Source of the DNA: an uncultured bacterium
Lineage (GTDB): Bacteria; Bacteroidota; Rhodothermia; Balneolales; DATFMH01
DNA length: 64,000 nt
Assembly: GCA_963783355.1 (NCBI GenBank)
Contig: CAWANF010000001.1
Span: 520,728 to 584,727, forward strand
Direction: 5' to 3'
The position numbers were made by a program, and so were the translations under genes. Within the stretch, counting starts at the first letter, position 1, and every line of letters begins with the position of its first letter. Under the pieces are notes generated by a model that had not been told where the DNA came from, did not search any database, and saw nothing but the letters and a program-made list of their open reading frames with translations. Positions 40,908-48,282 of this stretch are shown in pieces.

Positions 40908-41570
40908 TCAAGCTTTAGCCAGTGCTTTTATATCTTTCACTTCAATGACCTGTTTTGAATAACCCTTCAACACACTGTTAATCATAGCTTGTCCTATATC
41001 GGACATGGTACATACCCGGTTCGGAGACAACACGCGAAATACAGGAAATAACCAGCCGACATATTTATAAAAACCAGGAACATTTTTTTGACCCGGAGTA
41101 GGTTTAATAAAAGCCGGCCGAAAATTATAGACATTTTTAAAGGGCAACCTCACCAGGTCATTTTCTGTTTTCCCTTTTACCCGGGCCCACATCACCCGGC
41201 CTTTTTCTGTGCTGTCGGTATAAGTACCGGATACATAATTAAAAACCATTCCGGGATTCAGTGATACCAGTATTTCAGCAAAATGCAAGGTTAAGTCGTA
41301 CGTAATTTGTGTGTATTCAGGTTCTTTCATGCCCACGGAACTCACTCCGGCGCAATAAAAACAGGCATCAAAGCCACTAAGCTGATCCTTAACGTCTTCC
41401 AGATTCATAAAATCAGGAACAATGCATTCTATCAGCTTCGGATGAGTAAATCCGGCGGGCCGGCGATTGACAATCAGTACCTTATTGACCTCAGGATGAT
41501 CCAGGCATTCATGTAAAACTCCTTCACCCACCATCCCGGTAGCACCGGTGATGATTACGTTCATTGGCAT
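40908..41570 (-). CDS. NAD(P)H-binding (atypical SDR / epimerase-like) protein
   Basis: 220 aa with the N-terminal Rossmann motif VIITGATGMVGEGV. Confidence 0.75.
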   Translation of the reverse strand: MPMNVIITGATGMVGEGVLHECLDHPEVNKVLIVNRRPAGFTHPKLIECIVPDFMNLEDVKDQLSGFDACFYCAGVSSVGMKEPEYTQITYDLTLHFAEILVSLNPGMVFNYVSGTYTDSTEKGRVMWARVKGKTENDLVRLPFKNVYNFRPAFIKPTPGQKNVPGFYKYVGWLFPVFRVLSPNRVCTMSDIGQAMINSVLKGYSKQVIEVKDIKALAKA

Positions 41571-41764
41571 AGTTTCCGACGATAAAAGATTTTAAAAATT
41601 ATTTTTCTCTATCTATTGCTGATACCATATTAAACAAAATATTTGGAATCTGTTTTCTTGAGGGATCTCCGGCCGTAAATAAAGAATTAATCGCATAAGC
41701 CGCCGAGGATTGCACAGAGAAAGCAAAGGAAAACGTAGTAAGAAAACCGGAAGGCGAGCAATCA

Positions 41765-41805
41765 GAAATGGAAAATAGTCTTGCTGGGCGGAGTCGAACT
41801 ATGGC
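41765..41805. repeat. Intergenic repeat X, left copy
   Basis: gaaatggaaaatagtcttgctgggcggagtcgaactatggc matches 45113..45153 in the same orientation at 35 of 41 positions (hand alignment). Confidence 0.7.
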
Positions 41806-41843
41806 GGGCAATGGAACTATATGAAATTTTTAGTCCATCATTC

Positions 41844-41887
41844 GGAGATCCCTGATATTTTGCTATTCCAAAATTCCGGGATGACGG
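41844..41887. repeat. Intergenic repeat Y, left copy
   Basis: ggagatccctgatattttgctattccaaaattccgggatgacgg is related to 44941..44987, and the terminal 15 nt attccgggatgacgg are identical. Confidence 0.55.
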
Positions 41888-41944
41888 CGTTGGGTAGCTT
41901 GGCTGCCGGTCATGACCAACAACAACACCCATCAACCAAATCAC

Positions 41945-41976
41945 CACGTCATCCCGCACTCCGATGCGGGATCTCC
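41945..41976. repeat. REP-like palindromic element Z, left copy
   Basis: cacgtcatcccgcactccgatgcgggatctcc has the stem tcccgca / tgcggga. It is identical to 44884..44915 at 30 of 32 positions, in the same orientation. Confidence 0.8.
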
Positions 41977-41988
41977 TGACATTGCAAC

Positions 41989-42025
41989 AAAAAAAGGGAT
42001 GAACCCGCCGGCCCATCCCTTTTTT
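41989..42025. terminator. Bidirectional terminator-like hairpin at the 3' end of the decayed lipoprotein gene
   Basis: aaaaaaagggatg-aacccgccggcc-catccctttttt has the stem gggatg / catccc flanked by A7 and T6. Confidence 0.55.
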
Positions 42026-43798
42026 ACAACATATAAAGTTACAATAAAAACCTTACTTGCAATAACTGCCGCTGATGGTTTGTGATTCCGGCTATAGCTC
42101 GTACCGGTAATGGTGATGTCCCTGGTGTAGGTCTTGCCATCAAATGCCGTTTTAAATGTGTAGGAATCTCCGTTAACAAGTCCGTCCACGATTAAGGTAC
42201 CTCCCGACAGGACTTGCGTTGATTTATCGAAATTCCATTTGGGTTGTCCCGCATTATGCCAGGTATCGTTTCCATTATCTGCCTTGTAGTACACGGCGGA
42301 AGTTGGGATACTGGTCACATGTACCTGTTTACCCGGGTCGGAACATTGTGGTTGCAGGTCAAAGGTTACATTGATGGTAGGCGTTGAAGGAGGAGCGAGC
42401 CAGTGTAATAGTGTATAGGGCCTCTGCAGGGGCGCCGATTCACCGATGTTCCATCATATTGTAAACCGGGATTGTTGTAATAGTTCCATGATATACCTGG
42501 TACACTGGTGGTTCCGGGCAGGGGCAACGTAATCTGGCTTTGTCCGGCAGGAAGGTGAAAGTGATTGGTGTTAGCCAGAACCTGATACCAGTTAGGGTAA
42601 CGCTTATGGGTCCAGAGTTATTTCCATTGCGGTTATAAAGAAATGTACATTAGATCCCATGATTAGTGAAACAATTAGAGTAACTACGTCACCTGATGGG
42701 TATACGATCCCGGTAATATAAATTTGCCAGGCCATACCAATGTCTGAATAACTTTACAGTAGAGGAAGCCTCCGATACCAGGCAAAGGTGATGATCGGGA
42801 AAGTTTACGGCCATCCTGATTCCCGCTGTACTGCCGGGCCCGGTCAGGTAGGCATACCCTCGTATTTCCATTCCGGTAGTTCTCATCATAACTGTCCACT
42901 TCCAGGGAGTCTCCACTTTTATAATTCATCCCGGTTTCCGGATTAATCATCTTCGAGGAAACGCCAAAGTTTACGTAACCGGCTTGGAGAAATGAGCCGC
43001 ATTATGTCGGTTAGCATCCGTGATGGTAATCTGTGGCAAATCCCGTGGTAACTTCCCGTCGCTGAACCCACCAGGCATTTGCTGTAGGCCTGCAGGGAAT
43101 CGGAATAGTAAGTCATATGTGTAGTCAGCGTTCCGGTGAGCGGATTGCCGTTGGCGTCGGTCATCACCGTACTGTCCGGCACACTCATGCTGGCGGTTGT
43201 CGGGGCACCCGCACTGGCTGAGTCTGTACGCTGTAGCTCTGGGCCACCGCCCCGCTCGAAGTCGTCTGGGCGCTCGTATTGCTCCCGGAGTTGACGCCCG
43301 GGGGCGGATTATTGGTGTTGGTCATGGTCATGGCAAAACTGAAATGCGTGGTGTCGGTCAGGATCACTTTTTGGTACGCCGTTTCATACCCCTGCGCCTG
43401 GGCCACCACGGTGAACGAATCCGGCTGGACCGAGGTCGGGGTCACGTTATTGCTGATGCCGAAGGTTGCAAAACCCCCGCTGAAGCTTTGCTTGGTTATC
43501 GGGTCGCTGAACATGTCGATGACATTGTTAGCCCCATTTCCAATAAAGCTCAGGGTCACATTCGGGATCAAATCCCCGGTCTTGGCGTCGGTAAACACTC
43601 CCGATACCGTCGTGGTAATGGGTTGCAGCCCAATGACCAGGTTCACTTTATTTAGGGCATCGGTCGCCTTCTGGATATCGCAGCTGGACAGCAACAGCCC
43701 CACAAGGCCTGTTACGGCCAGTATCGGTACTATCTTCTTTATCTTTTGAAACATGAATTGCTCCGTTACTAATAATTTCTTGTAAATTGGATGGTGGA

Positions 43799-44482
43799 TT
43801 AGTGCCCGAGGAACCGGTAGGACAGCCCGAAGGTCAGCACCGGGTAAATCTTGATGCCCGATAACCCCGCGTTAATATTGGCCGCCTGGCCTGCGGTCGG
43901 ACCAATTAGGCCCGTACCCGACATCGACACGCTGGCCGCATTGGTATACATGATCCCCCCGTCAATCAGGAACCCGATATGATGCCGGTTGTTCGCGGCG
44001 TTGCCGATGCCCAGCCCGATGTAGGGAGCCAGTTTGTTCGGGTAGCTCACGCTGCCGGTTAAGGAACCGACTTTCTGCGGAGAGAATTCGTGGCCATCCA
44101 CAGAATAGTTGTTGGTCGGTTTGCCGTTGCCGGTGACCTTCAGGTCGTTATAGTAGACCCCGGCCGAGAGGCGGAACCAGTTGTCGAACGGCTGCCAGTC
44201 GAGCAGCGCCGAGAACGACTGCATATGAAGATTGGCCGAATATGCGATTTTGGTTTGAGTACTGCCGGATGAACCTGTGTTTACATTGGCAATCCCGTTA
44301 TAACTAAATGGCATATAATTTCCGCCCAGACTCAGGCTGAAATGTTTTCCAAAAGAGCGGGTCAGCGCGATACCCGGACCGGTGGTTCCCGCACGCAGCG
44401 TGATCCCGTAGTCCTGGGCCATGGCACTCCCTGCCCCCAGCACAGCACACAGCAGTGCCAGCAGAATGACTTTTTTATACAT
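43799..44482 (-). CDS. Outer-membrane beta-barrel protein (small porin/OmpW/PorT-like)
   Basis: 227 aa. It has the signal peptide MYKKVILLALLCAVLGAGSAMAQ, alternating amphipathic strands rich in G/Y/S, and the C-terminal LTFGLSYRF motif typical of OMPs. GC-rich codon usage is unlike neighbouring genes. Confidence 0.75.
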   Translation of the reverse strand: MYKKVILLALLCAVLGAGSAMAQDYGITLRAGTTGPGIALTRSFGKHFSLSLGGNYMPFSYNGIANVNTGSSGSTQTKIAYSANLHMQSFSALLDWQPFDNWFRLSAGVYYNDLKVTGNGKPTNNYSVDGHEFSPQKVGSLTGSVSYPNKLAPYIGLGIGNAANNRHHIGFLIDGGIMYTNAASVSMSGTGLIGPTAGQAANINAGLSGIKIYPVLTFGLSYRFLGH

Positions 44483-44726
44483 GATAAACCCCTAATTATT
44501 TTTAATAATGAAATAGCTACCCCGTTATTCGACCCATAATCCCAACTGATCAAAAATGAGAGAAGCACGATTTATTTGAAACCCGTTCAATGATAATTAA
44601 TTAATTTTAATTAATCACGAAAAAAAATCACAAAAAAGTTCATTTTGAAAAGAGAAAACCACCATGGTTTTACGCAGAGAAAAAGGAAAACAGCCACCGC
44701 AATAGGGAGAATGGGAAACGCAATAT

Positions 44727-44744
44727 CCCCCTTATTAAAGGGGG
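44727..44744. repeat. Small palindromic hairpin (CCCCCTT-ATTA-AAGGGGG)
   Basis: A perfect 7-bp stem inside the repeat-rich intergenic region. Confidence 0.5.
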
Positions 44745-44838
44745 CGTAGGGATTGTTTTATGGCTCAATGATTTCAATTCCGTTATGGAAAGGAGTTAAA
44801 GATTATGGCGAGCGCAGTTGAACCAGGACAGGCAAGGT

Positions 44839-44872
44839 GTCATTCCGGGGAGCCTGCGACGAAGGAATCTCC
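44839..44872. repeat. REP-like element W (GTCATTCC...GGAATCTCC variant)
   Basis: gtcattccggggagcctgcgacgaaggaatctcc has arms related to the Z family and lies 12 nt upstream of the Z right copy. Confidence 0.6.
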
Positions 44873-44883
44873 TGCCGAAGGAT

Positions 44884-44915
44884 CACGTCATCCCGTACCC
44901 CGATGCGGGATCTCC
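44884..44915. repeat. REP-like palindromic element Z, right copy
   Basis: cacgtcatcccgtaccccgatgcgggatctcc is identical to 41945..41976 at 30 of 32 positions. Confidence 0.8.
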
Positions 44916-44940
44916 CCACGTTGTTTCTTTTGCCACGATC

Positions 44941-44987
44941 GGATATCCCGGATACCCCGAAAAATATTCGGGATTCCGGGATGACGG
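44941..44987. repeat. Intergenic repeat Y, right copy (long imperfect hairpin)
   Basis: In ggatatcccggataccccgaaaaatattcgggattccgggatgacgg, the outer stem is atcccgga / tccgggat and the inner stem is cccgaa / ttcggg. Confidence 0.6.
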
Positions 44988-45112
44988 TAACTTTCTGGTT
45001 ACATCACTCCGGGCTGTAACCAGACTCCAGTCTTTAATAAAAAAATAATCCACAGAATGCGCAGAGGAAACAATGAAAAATAGAGTATGGACAGTCCGGA
45101 GGACGAAAGCTG

Positions 45113-45153
45113 GAAATGGCAAATAGTCATAGTGAGCGGAGTCGAACCATGGC
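45113..45153. repeat. Intergenic repeat X, right copy
   Basis: gaaatggcaaatagtcatagtgagcggagtcgaaccatggc matches 41765..41805 at 35 of 41 positions. Confidence 0.7.
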
Positions 45154-45169
45154 ACATGTGGATGTTGGA

Positions 45170-45206
45170 ATATTCGTCGGACGATTTCAATTCGTCCGAC
45201 GAATAT
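45170..45206 (-). terminator. Perfect 15-bp stem-loop immediately downstream of tex (terminator or REP-type hairpin)
   Basis: The stem atattcgtcggacga / tcgtccgacgaatat with a 7-nt loop begins 6 nt after the tex stop. No clear U-tract follows on the minus strand. Confidence 0.5.
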
Positions 45207-45212
45207 CAAGAA

Positions 45213-47390
45213 TCAAACTTTTACTAGTCCGATACGGCCGCGTTCGGTATCAATCGTGTCGATCTTCACTTTGATGATGTCACCGACTGCCACAAATTCA
45301 TGCGGATCTTCAACCTTCGAACCTTCTTTGCCCATCTTTGAAATATGCAGCAGTCCGTCTTGTTTGAGTCCCAAATCAACAAAAGCTCCAAAATCCACGA
45401 CATTACGGACCGTTCCCTCCATTTCCATTCCGGGAGCCAGGTCTTCAATTTTCAGGATATCCTGGCGGAGGATCGGCTGTGGCAAAGATTCACGGGGATC
45501 GCGTCCGGGCTTTAACAGATTTTCCATGATTAGCTCTAGTGTCGGCACTCCTATGCCCAGTTTTTCAGCCGTTTCCGTCACATTCAGTTTTCTGAATTTT
45601 TGCTGAATCAGGTCGGATGCTTCAGAAAGATTATGGATATCGATACCCAGCAATTCACAAAGGTTTTGTGTAGCCTCATAACTTTCCGGGTGAATCGCGG
45701 TGTTGTCCAACGGGTTTGTAGATCCAGGTATACGCAGGAATCCGGCTGCCTGTTCATAACGGAACGGACCCATGCCGGGGACATCCATAAGCTGTGCCCT
45801 GTTTGCGAAAGGCCCGTCTTCTTCACGCTTTTTTACAATTTTTCCGGCCACCGATGAGGTGAGCCCGGAGACGTGGTTCAACAGGGCAGAACTGGCCGTA
45901 TTCAAATTGACACCCACGGTATTTACGCAACTTTCGACGACATCGTCCAGGCTTTGCATGAGCCGGACCTGGTTCACATCGTGCTGATAAAGTCCAACGC
46001 CGATAGACTTCGGATCAATTTTTACGAGTTCGGCTAATGGATCCTGTATACGGCGGGCGATGGAAATATTACCACGTTGTGCCGCATCCAGATCGGGAAA
46101 TTCATTGCGTGCCATAGTTGAAGCGGAATATACGGAAGCGCCCGCTTCACTGACGATGATATAACTTATCGATTCATCGCCCTTATTTTCCCGTCTCTTT
46201 TGAAGATAATCTGCAATAAATTGCTCGGTTTCCCTGCTTGCTGTCCCATTACCGATGGCAATCAGATTTACCTTATATTTTTCTACTAAAGAATCAACGA
46301 TATGTTCGGCTTCAGCTATCCTGTTATGCGGTGGGACCGGGTAAATCGTATTTCCTTCCAGATATTTACCAAATTCATCAACAACAGCCACTTTACAGCC
46401 CGTACGGAAACCCGGATCGATTCCCATGACGTTTTTGCTGTTGAGCGGAGGCTGCATCAACAGGTTTTTCAGGTTGGTTGAAAATGTGGAAATCGCATGT
46501 TCATCGGCTTGTTCCGTCTGTTCATTACGAAGTTCTCGTTCCAGTGCCGGGAAAAGCAGGCGTTTATACGAATCGTCTATCGCATCATACAATTGATCAA
46601 TGAATACAGATTCTTCATTTTTAACGACAATCCAGTCGATATTCCCAATCGTTTTTTCTTCATCTAAATCCAGATTCACAATCAGAATGCCTTCACGCTC
46701 ACCCCGGTTCAGCGCCAGTATCTGGTAAGGTTTTAGGAATTTGACCGGGCACTTGAATTCGTAATAACTTTCATAAACGGTGCGCTCTTCAACACTCAGA
46801 CTCTTTTTAGATGTGATGACTCCGTATTTCCGGAAATCGCTTCTCAATTTTTCGCGAACCTCGACATTCTCGTTAATCCATTCCGCCACAATGTCCATCG
46901 CTCCCTGCAAAGCTTCCTCTTCATTCGTTACGTTTTTATCTTCATCAATAAAATCCTTGGCGTAGTCTTCCGGTTCTTTATCCGTTATTTTCTGGTCCCA
47001 GATCATCTGTGCCAGTGGTTCCAGTCCCTTTTCTTTAGCCACCGAAGCCCGCGTCTTTCTTTTAGGCTTATACGGCAGATACAAATCCTCCAGAATTTTC
47101 AATTCCGAAGCATTTTTAATCGCTTCTTCCAGTTCCGGCGTTAGTTTATCCTGATCAGCGATAGATTTGAGGATGGTTTCCCTGCGTTCTTCGAGCATCC
47201 GGCGAAGATTCACAGCATCGCGAACCTGGCGTATCTGTTCCTCATCGAGTCCTCCGGTTGCTTCTTTCCGATAACGGGAGAGAAAAGGGACGGTAGCACC
47301 GTCGTCCAGAAAATTAGATACGGTCTTTATTTGAGATGGTTTGAGCGACAGCTCCTTAGCGATTAAATCAAATATCTGAGATTCAGTCAT
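45213..47390 (-). CDS. tex: Tex-family transcription accessory protein (YqgF/HhH/S1 domains)
   Basis: 725 aa. The N-terminus ...LDDGATVPFLSRYRKEATGGLDE, a YqgF-like core (MGIDPGFRTGCKVAVVD) and a C-terminal S1 domain (GMEMEGTVRNVVDFGAFVDLG...GLLHIS) are all present. Confidence 0.92.
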   Translation of the reverse strand: MTESQIFDLIAKELSLKPSQIKTVSNFLDDGATVPFLSRYRKEATGGLDEEQIRQVRDAVNLRRMLEERRETILKSIADQDKLTPELEEAIKNASELKILEDLYLPYKPKRKTRASVAKEKGLEPLAQMIWDQKITDKEPEDYAKDFIDEDKNVTNEEEALQGAMDIVAEWINENVEVREKLRSDFRKYGVITSKKSLSVEERTVYESYYEFKCPVKFLKPYQILALNRGEREGILIVNLDLDEEKTIGNIDWIVVKNEESVFIDQLYDAIDDSYKRLLFPALERELRNEQTEQADEHAISTFSTNLKNLLMQPPLNSKNVMGIDPGFRTGCKVAVVDEFGKYLEGNTIYPVPPHNRIAEAEHIVDSLVEKYKVNLIAIGNGTASRETEQFIADYLQKRRENKGDESISYIIVSEAGASVYSASTMARNEFPDLDAAQRGNISIARRIQDPLAELVKIDPKSIGVGLYQHDVNQVRLMQSLDDVVESCVNTVGVNLNTASSALLNHVSGLTSSVAGKIVKKREEDGPFANRAQLMDVPGMGPFRYEQAAGFLRIPGSTNPLDNTAIHPESYEATQNLCELLGIDIHNLSEASDLIQQKFRKLNVTETAEKLGIGVPTLELIMENLLKPGRDPRESLPQPILRQDILKIEDLAPGMEMEGTVRNVVDFGAFVDLGLKQDGLLHISKMGKEGSKVEDPHEFVAVGDIIKVKIDTIDTERGRIGLVKV

Positions 47391-47494
47391 TATTTTCGTT
47401 AAATTTGGTACACTTAATATCTTTATGGGTATATGATACGTTAAGGAAATCGTATCAGGACGTGAAATATACAGGCATCATTTATTAAACACAT

Positions 47495-48265
47495 ATGGAT
47501 TTTAACATAGAAAATTTATTAGATTCGGCCCGCAAAATTGCCCAAAAGGGAGGGCAGAACACGCTTAAATATTTTAAAAAAGATATACGGATTGAGAAAA
47601 AACCGGACAGTACGCCTGTAACCATCGCCGATAAAGAATCAGAATCAGTCATGCGGGAGATGATCCAAAGTGAGTTTCCGGAGCATGGTATTTTGGGTGA
47701 AGAATTCGGCAGGGTGAATGAAAACAGCCCGATACAATGGATACTGGATCCTATCGATGGGACATTATCATTTATTCACGGAGTACCGCTTTATACGACG
47801 CTCATCGGAATTGTGGTTGAAGATAAACCGTTGATAGGAATTATTTACGCTCCGGCTTTGGATGAAATATGTGACGCCGCCATTGGACTGGGGGCACGTC
47901 TGAATGGCGTGAGTTGCAGGGTCAGAGACTGTAAAAATCTCTCTGATGCCACGTTACTCACTACCGAGTATAAAGATATCATCGGACAGGGATTTGAATC
48001 AAATTACCGAAAACTTATAGACCAGGTTCACATTCACCGAAGCTGGGGAGACGCTTACGGACATATGATGGTTGCGACGGGCCGCGCAGATATTATGTTC
48101 GATCCTGTTTTAAATATTTGGGATGCAGCTTCGTTATTACCTATCGTGGAAGAAGCCGGTGGATCTTTTACCGATGTTAAGGGAAATGCGCGCATTGATG
48201 GCGGTAGTGCTTTGTCTTGTAATAAATCATTATTTTTAAAAGTAAAAACGATTTTAAATCAATAA
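47495..48265 (+). CDS. Inositol monophosphatase-family phosphatase (possibly histidinol-phosphatase HisN type)
   Basis: 256 aa with motifs GEEFG, WILDPIDGT and WDAAS. Confidence 0.8.
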   Translation: MDFNIENLLDSARKIAQKGGQNTLKYFKKDIRIEKKPDSTPVTIADKESESVMREMIQSEFPEHGILGEEFGRVNENSPIQWILDPIDGTLSFIHGVPLYTTLIGIVVEDKPLIGIIYAPALDEICDAAIGLGARLNGVSCRVRDCKNLSDATLLTTEYKDIIGQGFESNYRKLIDQVHIHRSWGDAYGHMMVATGRADIMFDPVLNIWDAASLLPIVEEAGGSFTDVKGNARIDGGSALSCNKSLFLKVKTILNQ

Positions 48266-48282
48266 AATATTCGTTACATCTC

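Larger units (their letters stand above)
41941..43754 (-). pseudogene. Large surface lipoprotein gene broken by multiple frameshifts and stops (pseudogene or a locally poor assembly)
   Basis: The 5' piece 43185..43754 (MFQKIKKIVPILAVTGLVGLLLSSC, a lipobox) is intact. Protein-like sequence then continues by hopping frames. In order: ...ASAGAPTTASMSVPDSTVMTDANGNPLTG..., then MPGGFSDGKLPRDLPQITITDANRHNAAHFSKP, then GYVNFGVSSKMINPETGMNYKSGDSLEVDSYDENYRNGNTR. These are followed by YAYLTGPGSTAGIRMAVNF..., YPNWYQVLANTNHFHLPAGQSQITLPLPGTTSVPGISWNYYNNPGLQYDGTSV and ...TINVTFDLQPQCSDPGKQVHVTSIPTSAVYYKADNGNDTW.... The listed ORF fragments in this span sit in all three minus-strand frames, and my hand reading needs about 8 frame switches. 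The true stop may be the TAA at 42053-42055 just before the hairpin. Confidence 0.7.

Noticed and set aside
41599-42016. Small ORFs (70 and 84 aa) left of the insert, and the 60-108 aa ORFs at 44818..45209.
   Set aside because: They are translations of the REP-like repeats and hairpins (e.g. ...VIPGSLRRRNL..., ...SRTPMRDLP...). Different copies are read in different frames, so they are not genes.
43197-43749. Two overlapping plus-strand ORFs (152 and 156 aa) in the GC-rich insert.
   Set aside because: High GC suppresses stop codons on the antisense strand. The minus-strand lipoprotein reading (signal peptide plus lipobox) is far more convincing.
45133-45153. GCGGAGTCGAACC (also at 41787-41800) resembles a tRNA T-arm on the reverse strand.
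   Set aside because: The flanking bases do not form a T-stem, acceptor stem or anticodon arm, and the motif is part of the dispersed X repeat. It is not a tRNA or a tRNA fragment that I can support.
44484-45212. A possible CRISPR array or other regular repeat array in the 730-nt repeat-rich intergenic region.
   Set aside because: The repeats are of several different types, are themselves palindromic, and are irregularly spaced. There are no unique spacers of uniform length and no cas genes nearby.
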